Shown: positions 1 to 8,617, numbered from the stretch's first letter. The stretch: DNA of 32,000 nt from Nostoc sp. PCC 7120 = FACHB-418 (GCF_000009705.1 NC_003272.1:2670001-2702000), one strand, 5' to 3'. Numbers and translations are program-made. The notes: a model not told the origin generated them from the letters alone.

Positions 1-197
1 TAAACGCAGAGGGGCGCAAAGGAAAACGCAGAGGGACGCGGAGATTACTCAGTACTTCAGCAGGTTAGGAAACGCTATATAAACGAAAACTTTTGACTCA
101 AGAACAAATAGATAAGATTAAACCAATGATTAATGAATTATCACCTAAATTAAACGCTTATCTTAACTCCCGCAAAAAAAAGTCAGATAATATTTAA

Positions 198-246
198 CAG
201 TCACCTGTCAACAGTCAACAGTCAACTATCAACCGTCAACCATCAC
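198..246. repeat. STRR-type heptanucleotide tandem repeat, 7 units (cagtcac ctgtcaa cagtcaa cagtcaa ctatcaa ccgtcaa ccatcac)
   Basis: Read directly from the sequence. The 7-bp period is a permutation of the CAACAGT STRR family typical of heterocystous cyanobacteria. It lies immediately 3' of the phnE stop. Confidence 0.85.
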
Positions 247-247
247 A

Positions 248-1072
248 CTAAATAAACCACTCTCTAACCTTCGCCGAAAGTAAATCAATAACACCAGTAG
301 TCACAACCAAAATAATGAGAATTGCACAGACTTTTTGGTATTCAAATGACCCAAAACTCTGATATAAGGAAACTCCGATACCACCAGCCCCGACTATTCC
401 TAATACAGAAGCAGAACGCACATTTGATTCAAATCGATAGAGAGTGAAAGAAGTCCACAAAGGCATTACTTGGGGAATTACGCCATAAATAACTTCTTGA
501 ATATGACTTGCACCAGTGGCTCTAATTCCTTCTACTGGGCCTGATTCAATTGATTCTACCGCTTCAGAGAATAGCTTACCCAAAATGCCTGTGGTATGAA
601 CAAATAAAGCTAATACGCCAGCAAACGGCCCTAACCCTACAGCAACTACAAATATTAATGCAAAAACGATTTCATTAATAGCACGCATAGCATCCAAGAG
701 GCGGCGTGTTGGTTGTACAACCCATACTGGACACATATTATTAGATGCTAAGATAGATAGAGGGACAGCTGCGATCGCCGCCATTAAAGTTCCCCAAATT
801 CCCATCGATATAGTGATTAGCGTTTCTGAAAAATAATATCTCCAATCGCTAAAGTCTGGCGGGAAATATGAACGCATATATTCCGCCATGTTGTCTCCCC
901 GTTGCAGCAGTACAGGGAAATTTAACTCGCTTTGGTTATAGGCAAAAATCAATATAGCAGCAATCACTAAAAGAAACAAAACTTTTTTGGTATTCACAAG
1001 TTTTGCTTCTTGCTCTAACATTGCTACTACGCTAGGTGACAAGTTACTAATTAGCTGATGTTGCGATTGCAC
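248..1072 (-). CDS. phnE: Phosphonate/phosphite ABC transporter permease (PhnE family)
   Basis: 274-aa polytopic membrane protein. It carries the PhnE-like EAA-type loop region (ESIESGPVEGIRATGAS...QVIYGVIPQV). It is the last gene of a phnC-phnD-phnD-phnE minus-strand array. Confidence 0.85.
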   Translation of the reverse strand: MQSQHQLISNLSPSVVAMLEQEAKLVNTKKVLFLLVIAAILIFAYNQSELNFPVLLQRGDNMAEYMRSYFPPDFSDWRYYFSETLITISMGIWGTLMAAIAAVPLSILASNNMCPVWVVQPTRRLLDAMRAINEIVFALIFVVAVGLGPFAGVLALFVHTTGILGKLFSEAVESIESGPVEGIRATGASHIQEVIYGVIPQVMPLWTSFTLYRFESNVRSASVLGIVGAGGIGVSLYQSFGSFEYQKVCAILIILVVTTGVIDLLSAKVREWFI

Positions 1073-1096
1073 TTTTTTATACCTATAAATGTAAAT

Positions 1097-2098
1097 TTAT
1101 TGAATCTCTTTGAGTTGCTGATTCAGTTCTGCTATTTTTTGCTGTTTTTCTTGCGCGCTCAGATTTTCTTTAGCTTGAGTCTCTTGAATTTTTTTAGCAA
1201 TTTCTAATTCTCGAATTGTATGCCAATTTTTGTCTTCAGCCTGCACAAAACCAGAAATTTCAAATGGTGTTAAAACTTTTGCATCTTTATAGTTATAGAA
1301 AAACTTTTGCAACCTGTTTTTAATATCTGCTGGTAAGTCCTGACGATAAACAATCGGATCACTAGGAATTAGCGGTGATTGCCAAATAATTTCAATCTTC
1401 TGTCGAGCTGTAGGATTGGTTCTTTCCAAACGACTTAATGCTTCATTGCTGACAGTAGCTACATCTACCTGTTTATTTGCTACAGCCAGAGCGCAAGCTT
1501 CATGATTACCTGCAAAAATCAAGCGTTTAAAAGCTTTTTTAGGTTCAATATTATTTTTTGTAAAAATATAGTAACTAGGAACTAAAAACCCAGATGTAGA
1601 ATTGGGTTCATTAAAAGCAAAGGTAAGTTTAGCAGCATTCTGAATCACATATTTATCACCACCGACTGCTTTAGCTTCCGCCGTAATAGGATTATCTTTA
1701 TTAGCAATTAAATGAGAATAGTAGCCTCTAGTTCCATCTGCACTGACAACCTGAGCAAAAGCTTCTGCATTAGCAACTCTCGCTGCTTCAATATAAGATT
1801 TACCACCTAACCAAGCTGCTTGAACTTTACCAAAGCGCATAGCTTCTATAACTGCGGCATACTGTGTAACATAGAATGGTTTAATGGGGATGCCAACTTC
1901 CTGAGACATAGCAGCAGCAAAAGGTTCCCAAATTGGTTTTTGATTATCTTGAGATTCTGTAGACAGAACACCAAAGTTAATTTCTTTAAGTGCTGCGCTA
2001 CTATCATTAGCGTTGGAATTACAGGCTGAAAGTATCTTGGAACTTGCCAAAGTTAGGGTAAATAAAGAAGCCTGCTGAATAAATAACCTTCTGTTCAT
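1097..2098 (-). CDS. phnD: Phosphonate/phosphite ABC transporter substrate-binding protein (PhnD family), lipoprotein form
   Basis: PhnD-like core (FGVLSTES...YAAVIEAMRFGKVQAAWLGGKSY...NSTSGFLVPSYY). The N-terminus MNRRLFIQQASLF...LSAC combines an RR motif with a lipobox Cys. The ORF is open to 2137, but that extension runs into the STRR repeat. ATG at 2098 (MNRRLF) is therefore the more likely start. Confidence 0.85.
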   Translation of the reverse strand: MNRRLFIQQASLFTLTLASSKILSACNSNANDSSAALKEINFGVLSTESQDNQKPIWEPFAAAMSQEVGIPIKPFYVTQYAAVIEAMRFGKVQAAWLGGKSYIEAARVANAEAFAQVVSADGTRGYYSHLIANKDNPITAEAKAVGGDKYVIQNAAKLTFAFNEPNSTSGFLVPSYYIFTKNNIEPKKAFKRLIFAGNHEACALAVANKQVDVATVSNEALSRLERTNPTARQKIEIIWQSPLIPSDPIVYRQDLPADIKNRLQKFFYNYKDAKVLTPFEISGFVQAEDKNWHTIRELEIAKKIQETQAKENLSAQEKQQKIAELNQQLKEIQ

Positions 2099-2130
2099 AA
2101 ACCTAGTTGTGAGGTAAAGAGGTTTGTTAA

Positions 2131-2165
2131 CTGTCAACAGTTAACCGTCAACAGTCAACAGTCAA
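2131..2165. repeat. STRR-type heptanucleotide tandem repeat, 5 units (ctgtcaa cagttaa ccgtcaa cagtcaa cagtcaa)
   Basis: Read directly from the sequence. It is the same heptamer family as 198-246. It sits in the spacer between the two phnD paralogues. Confidence 0.85.
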
Positions 2166-2177
2166 CACAAAAAATAA

Positions 2178-3188
2178 TTAACGTCCTTGAAGCGCGCGTA
2201 GTTGACTATTAAGATTGTTCAACTTCTTCTTATCTGCATCGCTCAAACCAGTTTTGGATTGCAATTCTAAAACCTGTTTAGCAATATCTAATTCACGAAT
2301 AGGATTCCAGGTTTTATCATTAGCCGGAACTAATGCTGACCACTGTAAAGGTTCGAGAATTTTTCTATCTTTAAAGTTGTAGAAGAAGTTACGTAACTTT
2401 TTCTTGACATCTTCTGGTAAGTCCTTGCGATAAGCAATCGGATCACTAGGAATAATGGGGGATGTCCAGATGATTTCAATCTTCTTACGTGCTGAGGGAT
2501 TAGTTTTTTCTAATCTCTCTAATGACTCATTGTTGTTTGTAGCTACATCTACCTGATTATTAGCAACCGCTAAGGCTGTTGCTTCGTGACTACCGGAGAA
2601 AATCAACCGCTTAAATACTTTTTTGGGATCAACTTTGTTTTTAGCGAAGACATAATAACTTGGGACTAAAAATCCAGAAGTTGAGTTAGGTTCATTGAAA
2701 GCAAAAGTCAGCTTTGCCGCATTTTGAAGCACATACTTGTCTCCTCCTTGTCTTTTAGCTGCTGCTGTGATTGGATTATTTTTATTAGCAATTAAGTGAG
2801 AGTAGTAGCCTTTCTTGCCATCAGTAGCAACGGTCTGAGCAAAGGCTTCTGCATTAGCAATTCTGGCGGCTTCAATATAGGATTTACCACCATACCAAGC
2901 TATGTGTACTTGACCAAAACGCATGGCTTCAATTACGCCTGAGTATTGAGTAGCATAGAAGGCTCTAACAGGAATACCCAGAGACTTTGATAAAGCAGCA
3001 ATAAAAGGTTCCCACAAAGGTCTTTGATTAGATTGGGATTCTGTAGATATAATCCCAAAATTAAGTTCTTTAATAGGCGCAGCCTGTGCTGGTTTTATCC
3101 AGTTATCGGCAATAGTGGAAATAGTTTTAGTCCCTATTAAAGATGCACCAAATAAAGCAGAGCGTTCAATAAATAATCTTCTTTTCAT
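2178..3188 (-). CDS. phnD: Phosphonate/phosphite ABC transporter substrate-binding protein (PhnD family), soluble Tat/Sec-type signal form
   Basis: Collinear with the downstream paralogue, with well over half of the mature residues identical by eye. The N-terminus is MKRRLFIERSALFGASLIG...AQA-AP, with an RR motif, an AxA site and no lipobox Cys. Confidence 0.85.
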   Translation of the reverse strand: MKRRLFIERSALFGASLIGTKTISTIADNWIKPAQAAPIKELNFGIISTESQSNQRPLWEPFIAALSKSLGIPVRAFYATQYSGVIEAMRFGQVHIAWYGGKSYIEAARIANAEAFAQTVATDGKKGYYSHLIANKNNPITAAAKRQGGDKYVLQNAAKLTFAFNEPNSTSGFLVPSYYVFAKNKVDPKKVFKRLIFSGSHEATALAVANNQVDVATNNNESLERLEKTNPSARKKIEIIWTSPIIPSDPIAYRKDLPEDVKKKLRNFFYNFKDRKILEPLQWSALVPANDKTWNPIRELDIAKQVLELQSKTGLSDADKKKLNNLNSQLRALQGR

Positions 3189-3285
3189 AATTAATTACTA
3201 CATTAACTAGAGATTTATTTGGCAAAATTAGGCTATAAAACCTTAAAATCTAGACAACATCTGGTTTTTGAATTTTGAATTGGTA

Positions 3286-4083
3286 TTATACGAGCAGTTC
3301 ACCATGTCCTCGCATCACCAATTCTTCTGCTGCTGTACCGTAAATTTCATTGAGTTTTTTGTCATCTAGTTCTACAGTTGCACCATCAAACATCACTTCT
3401 CCATCTCTGAGAGCGATCGCCCGATCAAAGTAACTACGCACCATCTGAATCTGATGTAGGGAAGCAACTACAGTAATTCCGCTTTGGCGATTTAACTGCA
3501 CAAGTAACTCCATGACTTTACGCGCTGACTCAGGATCTAAAGACGCAATGGGTTCATCAGCGAGGATGATTTTCGCTCCTTGCACCAAACAACGCGCGAT
3601 CGCCACCCGTTGCTGTTGTCCTCCAGACAGCTTAGATGCTCGTTTGTAAGCGTGTTCAATAATACCTACTCTCTCTAACGCAGACAGAGCTTGGGCTTTT
3701 TCTTCTTTAGAAAATAAACGTAAGATTGAGCGCAAAATAGACAATCTTGCTAGTTTACCAACAAGAACATTTTCGATGACTGTTAACCGATTGACTAAAT
3801 TAAACTGTTGGAAGATACAGCCTATCTGGCTTCGTAAAGACGTAATTTTAGAGTGTACTTTTCCTTTACTTTGTAAGACTGTACCAAAAATATAAACTGT
3901 TCCAGCATCTCCAATATGCAGGCCGTTGATGTGCCGCAAAAGGGTAGATTTGCCTGAGCCAGATGCACCTATCAGGGCAACCATTTCTCCCTCATTGATA
4001 GAGCAGTATACATTTTTAATCGCTGTCTTACCTTTGAAACTTTTCGAGAGATTACTAACTTCTATAGCCACTGTAGTTGCCAT
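3286..4083 (-). CDS. phnC: Phosphonate/phosphite ABC transporter ATP-binding protein (PhnC family)
   Basis: Walker A GASGSGKST, ABC signature LSGGQQQRVAIAR and Walker B ILADEP. The length is typical of PhnC and it is the first gene of the array. Confidence 0.9.
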   Translation of the reverse strand: MATTVAIEVSNLSKSFKGKTAIKNVYCSINEGEMVALIGASGSGKSTLLRHINGLHIGDAGTVYIFGTVLQSKGKVHSKITSLRSQIGCIFQQFNLVNRLTVIENVLVGKLARLSILRSILRLFSKEEKAQALSALERVGIIEHAYKRASKLSGGQQQRVAIARCLVQGAKIILADEPIASLDPESARKVMELLVQLNRQSGITVVASLHQIQMVRSYFDRAIALRDGEVMFDGATVELDDKKLNEIYGTAAEELVMRGHGELLV

Positions 4084-4130
4084 TTTTTTGACATTTATAT
4101 GTCTCTGTCAAAAATTAATACTATTAATCG

Positions 4131-4160
4131 GTTAATAAAAAATTAAGAAAATACTAAATT
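4131..4160 (+). promoter_or_regulatory. Candidate Pho box (three 8-bp units at 11-bp period: GTTAATAA aaa ATTAAGAA aat ACTAAATT) in the phnC/porin divergent region
   Basis: The spacing and TTAA core resemble the cyanobacterial SphR/PhoB box PyTTAAPyPy(T/A) x3. It lies about 50-80 bp upstream of the phnC start. The surrounding DNA is very AT-rich, so a chance match is plausible. Confidence 0.25.
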
Positions 4161-4721
4161 ATAGGTTAATTATTTACTTATCACTCCAATGAAAGAGGTA
4201 ATTAGAAATATACCTCTTTATAATAAAAATTTTCTGATATCATGATTTCTATACATATTTTAATTAAGTTTAAATTAAAAAAAGACTAATTTTTGATAAA
4301 GGCGGAAGGGGTTGTTCATAAGTAAATACGCTTTATTACTCTGCAAGACTAAAGCAAGAGACTGTTAACCGGATACCAGCCATTAATTAGTGATTAAATT
4401 AGGGATAAACAGAGAATCATTAATAATGAATGCTCCATTTAATTAAGAATAGGTAAATACATGACAATTGTTTTTATTTCAAGACAATCTCTGGTGTGTA
4501 GTGAGTAATTGTGCTTTGATATTGTTAAAGTTGATTTTAAAAATATTTCTTCCAGAAGATTGACTTTTTTACCATCCAACATTGATTTTTTGTAATTAAA
4601 TATTAAATTCATAGCTTAATTAGTCAATCAATTTGCCTAACAGCTTTGAATGGCAATGAATTAAAAAATCAATGTGAAAAAATTATTTTCGCTATTTTCT
4701 ACCAGGTGTGAGGATACATTC

Positions 4722-6362
4722 ATGCAGAAATTTTGGGTAAATACTTTGTTATTTAGTCCAGCAATTGTGGGCTTATTCATGGTTGCAACACCAGTTATGA
4801 GTTCTGAAGTACCTGTAACTGAAGCACCTACCATAAATCAACCTTCCAGTTTTAGTAGTGCTGAGACTATCGGACAAGTAACTTCGGTTTCACAGCTTTC
4901 TGATGTCAAACCGACAGACTGGGCTTTTCAGGCTTTACAATCCCTGGTGGAAAGATACGGTTGTATAGCAGGCTATCCTAACGAAACTTATCGCGGTAAT
5001 CGTGCTTTGACTCGTTATGAGTTCGCTGCTGGTTTGAATGCTTGTTTAGATCAGATCAATCAACTTATAGCTACTAGCACATCTGAACTGGTCAACAAAG
5101 AAGACCTAGCAACACTGCAAAAGCTACAAGAAGAGTATGTATCTGAGTTGCAAACTATTCGAGGCCAAGTAGATGCTCTAGAAGCTCGTACTGTCACTTT
5201 AGAATCACAACAATTCTCCACAACTACTAAACTGCGGGGAGAAGCAATTTTTGCATTGGCTAGTGTATTTGGCTCTGATAGAGCAATCAACACCGATGCT
5301 CAAAATCGTGGTGCTAGCAGACCGAATCTTGAGGAAAATGTGATTTTTGGCGATCGCGTCCGGTTGAACTTCGATACTAGCTTCACTGGTAAAGACCGCC
5401 TCAGAGTTAGGTTACAGGGGAGAAATATTACCTCATTCAATACCTCTGTAACTGGAACAAACCAAACTCGTTTAGGATTTGATGGTAATGAATCTAACAA
5501 TGTCAGCGTATCGGCTTTGTTTTATCGTTTCCCTATAGGTGAGTCTACAATCTTCAACATAGCAACAGAAGGGTTGGAATATATTGATGAAGTACCTGCT
5601 TTGAGTAGCAATTTCGATTCTAGTGGTTCAGGCGCAGTATCCCGTTTTGGGCGTTATAACCCAATTTATCGAGCCGCAGAAGGGCCAGGTATCATTATTA
5701 GTCACAAGTTTAATGATGCTTTGACCTTAACTGCTGGCTACGTTGTCCCATCGGGTGTTGGTAATGACCCTAGTAACGGGAGAGGCATTTTTAATGGTAG
5801 TTATTCTGCATTAGGTCAACTGACCTTTCAACCAACCACAACATTAGGGTTGGCTTTTACTTATGTCAATGCCTATTACACAGAAGGTAGCGGAGTTACA
5901 GGCAGCACTGGTACAGGCTTTGCCAACAACCCATTCAACGGTGCGCGAACTTCTGTAAATAACTATAGCCTCAGTGCAAATTACAAACTTAGTCCTAAGT
6001 TTACTATCACCGCTTGGGGTGGCTACACTAATGCTCAAGCGGAGAATACAGCCGTTGCTAGGAGTAATGCAGATATTTGGAACTGGGCTGTTCAGCTAGG
6101 CTTTCCTGATTTGGGTAGAGAAGGTAATTTTGGTGGGATTGTGTTTGGTGCGCCACCTTACGTTGCTAATAATCAATTCGTAAGTGGTAATAATCGCCGC
6201 CAAGACAATGACACCTCCTATCATTTAGAAGCTTTCTACAGATATAAGCTAAATGACAATATTGCTATTACCCCCGGATTAATCACTATCTTTAGTCCTG
6301 AAGGTAACAGTGAAAACCCTAATATATATGTAGGAGTAGTCCGTACTACTTTTAGTTTCTAA
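4722..6362 (+). CDS. Outer-membrane porin with N-terminal SLH domain and OprB-like beta-barrel
   Basis: Signal peptide from MQKFWVNTLLFSPAIVGLFMVATPVMS. SLH motif DVKPTDWAFQALQSLVERYGCIAGYP...RGNRALTRYEFAAGLNACL, followed by a coiled-coil linker. The G/S/N/Y-rich barrel ends in ...RTTFSF with a terminal Phe. The ORF is open from GTG 4674; ATG 4722 gives the better signal peptide. Confidence 0.85.
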   Translation: MQKFWVNTLLFSPAIVGLFMVATPVMSSEVPVTEAPTINQPSSFSSAETIGQVTSVSQLSDVKPTDWAFQALQSLVERYGCIAGYPNETYRGNRALTRYEFAAGLNACLDQINQLIATSTSELVNKEDLATLQKLQEEYVSELQTIRGQVDALEARTVTLESQQFSTTTKLRGEAIFALASVFGSDRAINTDAQNRGASRPNLEENVIFGDRVRLNFDTSFTGKDRLRVRLQGRNITSFNTSVTGTNQTRLGFDGNESNNVSVSALFYRFPIGESTIFNIATEGLEYIDEVPALSSNFDSSGSGAVSRFGRYNPIYRAAEGPGIIISHKFNDALTLTAGYVVPSGVGNDPSNGRGIFNGSYSALGQLTFQPTTTLGLAFTYVNAYYTEGSGVTGSTGTGFANNPFNGARTSVNNYSLSANYKLSPKFTITAWGGYTNAQAENTAVARSNADIWNWAVQLGFPDLGREGNFGGIVFGAPPYVANNQFVSGNNRRQDNDTSYHLEAFYRYKLNDNIAITPGLITIFSPEGNSENPNIYVGVVRTTFSF

Positions 6363-6500
6363 TAGATGCAACTTCCGCCAAGTCTTTCTCTTACTAACCC
6401 CATGTGTGCGGACTTTCCATTCACCTTCACCGTACACTTTTACCCCTGTCGAATCCACCACTACATGAACAGCCTTGTCTTTTGGCACTACTCGCAGTTA
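6363..6500 (-). pseudogene. IS5-family transposase internal fragment
   Basis: Translates to ...VVVDSTGVKVYGEGEWKVRTHGVSKRKTWRKLHL, the conserved first-Asp region of IS5-group DDE transposases. It is only about 45 codons long. It abuts the porin stop codon and is fused out of frame to the next fragment. Confidence 0.75.
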
Positions 6501-6504
6501 CCCA

Positions 6505-6837
6505 ATGAATCGGGCCGTTGTCCTGCACGATAACTCTGATGCGTCCTGATTGTTTGGCTTCTGCTGCTTCAAGCTCCATCATTTGGATATAGGATTTGCG
6601 TGAAACGCCGCCAATCACCAAACCGTATACAAAACTAACTAGGGGTTGAAGGAACCCAATAATACTTAACCTTCGCCCCCTGCGGTTAATTTGCTCCAAG
6701 CGTTTTTGCCTCAGGTTCAACAGAGTTTTATCTTGCTCTCTAGTCAGAAATACCCTTAAACGATTGCCTATATCGCTGTTACCTTGGTAGACACATTGTA
6801 CGTATTTACTTATCTTTACATAGTTTGGTTTTTTCAC
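6505..6837 (-). pseudogene. IS630 (Tc1/mariner)-family transposase fragment
   Basis: The segment RLSIIGFLQP...GGVSRKSYIQMMELEAAEAKQSGRIRVIVQDNGPIH matches the central DDE region of IS630 transposases (LNVLGFL ... VVVxDNAxIH). The N-terminal HTH and the C-terminal D/E region are missing. Confidence 0.7.
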
Positions 6838-7470
6838 CTCGTTCTACTTACAGATTTTAGTTTCTATTAGAAAAGAAATGCTCAAAGCTTGATTAGATAA
6901 AAGTTACAGTGTTTCGCTACGATTATTGTTTTCCGGAAGTGAGAGAACAGGAGTAAGGATTTAGCGATCGCTCAGAAAGATGGACAATTAATTTTCAACC
7001 TGGAATCTGGGAAGGTGAAAACCAATTAAGTTACACAGGAAGTATTACAAGCTTTTGAACAAGCGAATAATCAAGCTATGGCATCTCTAGCTAATACTAA
7101 AAAGGAACAGATGGAAATGCAGGCATGAACTGCCCCACCCTGCGCTTTCGCTTAGAGAGTGGTTTTCTACATCCTCACCCCTGGAGTAAGATTTTTGACA
7201 TAACAAAGATATTATTATTTATTAACTATTCACCAATTACCTTTTATTTTTACCTTTCATTAAATTTTACTTAAACTCATGCCATCAAAATAGTTTAGTT
7301 GCAAATAATTGGGCAGTTATTTCCAGATTTTCTAAAGAATATCATTACCTATTGGCATCACTGATTTTATCGGTGATTAACTCTTATTTGTCAGCCAGAA
7401 AGAGTTAAAAATGTAAGACCAAAAATTCCACTGTCCATCATATCAAAAGTTTATACTGAGGAAAACAGAC

Positions 7471-7998
7471 ATGAAATTCGGTTCACAACTAGTCCTTGCT
7501 GCTGCTAGCTTAGTTTTGGGGTTAGCGAGTGTGGAAATAAAGCCAGTATCGGCGGCTATTGTTAATTATGCTTTTACGGTTAATAGTCCTACAAAAACAG
7601 GTAGTGGACTATTCAGATTTGATAACTCAATTTTGGTTGATGGTGAGACGAGAGTTCAGTCTCTTTCTTTTCAATTTGCAGGTGAATCTACTATTTATAC
7701 CGAACAAAATGATCCTAACTACCCAGATTTCCCTATTGTTTTTCTCAACAGGTTTTCTACAGGTAAAATATCTTTCGCTCTAGATTATCAATTTGATAAT
7801 CTTGCTAATCCTGATAGTTTTATCAGATATGAAATCGCTGGTGAAGATTTTACGATTTACTCTCTAAATGACCCAAATTTTGAAGTCACATCAGGTATAG
7901 TTTCTTACACACAAATTCCCGAACCTGCCATGCTAGGAGGTGTTGTTTTAGTGGGTACTGTTACCTTTATGAAGAAGAAAAAACTCATTGTCAGATAA
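7471..7998 (+). CDS. PEP-CTERM sorting-domain secreted protein
   Basis: N-terminal signal peptide MKFGSQLVLAAASLVLGLASV. The C-terminus is IPEPAMLGGVVLVGTVTFMKKKK, i.e. a PEP motif, a TM helix and a basic tail. Confidence 0.85.
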   Translation: MKFGSQLVLAAASLVLGLASVEIKPVSAAIVNYAFTVNSPTKTGSGLFRFDNSILVDGETRVQSLSFQFAGESTIYTEQNDPNYPDFPIVFLNRFSTGKISFALDYQFDNLANPDSFIRYEIAGEDFTIYSLNDPNFEVTSGIVSYTQIPEPAMLGGVVLVGTVTFMKKKKLIVR

Positions 7999-8230
7999 AA
8001 GCATCAGTTTTGCTAATTATCTCTTTAGTGAAGGCTATTTTTATTTGAAGAATACATTCGTCAGAATACAATCAGTGGTGGATTCAGACCTGCCACTGAT
8101 TGAAGACCACCAAATCAGAGATTTGGCTCCGTGCTTAAACCCATTTATTCATCCACCAGTCGCACAGAATTCATACTGAATTTTGGCTTATGACTCCTGA
8201 ATCCTGTTTGATAAAACCTTCTGGTAGATA

Positions 8231-8269
8231 ATGGAAAATGAGCTATTGATAATTCATTTTCCATTTTTT
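8231..8269 (+). terminator. Rho-independent terminator (11-bp perfect stem ATGGAAAATGA/TCATTTTCCAT, 12-nt loop, T5 tail)
   Basis: Read directly from the sequence. It lies about 230 nt downstream of the PEP-CTERM stop. Confidence 0.7.
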
Positions 8270-8342
8270 AATTTTGAACTGTTAAGTAGCCTTTTATAAA
8301 TCTGATATTTAATTATTAATTATAGAAAGTTTTTATCTTTAT

Positions 8343-8372
8343 ATTAACCTTATCTTAGTCAACAATTAATTT
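8343..8372 (+). promoter_or_regulatory. Candidate Pho box upstream of phoD (ATTAACCT tat CTTAGTCA aca ATTAATTT)
   Basis: Three 8-bp direct repeats separated by 3-bp spacers (11-bp period). They match PyTTAAPyPy(T/A) at most positions and are in the same orientation as phoD. The last unit ends 245 bp upstream of the phoD start. Confidence 0.45.
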
Positions 8373-8617
8373 CTATCTAGTAAGCTCTGACTTGCAAATA
8401 CAACAAATAACACATTAATAAAAGTTACAGTAACTAAAACCTTTATTAGGATAGTAACTAATACCAATTATCTGAAATTTAGTTATTAATTCAAGTCAGC
8501 ATACGACTATAAAATCTGACGCGCTGAATTTAACATTATCAATTGGTATGACAAGTAACGTATTTTTTGTGTTAGCTGTCGCAATGCTACAAACTATTTG
8601 TTAGTCAGGAGTAGAGA

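Noticed and set aside
1-196. Plus-strand reading frames at the window edge. One is ...ETLYKRKLLTQEQIDKIKPMINELSPKLNAYLNSRKKKSDNI*, preceded by the low-complexity cgcagagg-type sequence.
   Set aside because: The frames are interrupted by stops (tag at 64-66 in that frame and tga near 94-96 in frame 1) and truncated by the window edge. There is no start codon and no recognisable motif. This may be a gene remnant or the tail of an upstream gene, but it cannot be supported.
4674-4721. A GTG start at 4674 for the porin, as given by the ORF track.
   Set aside because: The extra 16 residues (MKKLFSLFSTRCEDTF) precede a much better signal peptide that starts at ATG 4722. The longer form would bury the n-region, so the gene is reported from 4722.
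5060-6038. Several 64-77-aa minus-strand ORFs inside the porin gene, plus similar short ORFs inside phnD, phnC, phoD, the TonB-dependent receptor gene and the NACHT gene.
   Set aside because: All are antisense to, or out of frame within, longer motif-supported genes. None has an independent signal.
7988-8179. A 63-aa plus-strand ORF downstream of the PEP-CTERM gene.
   Set aside because: It needs a TTG start overlapping the upstream stop region, has no visible RBS and has no recognisable motif. The region is better explained by RNA secondary structure (see finding).
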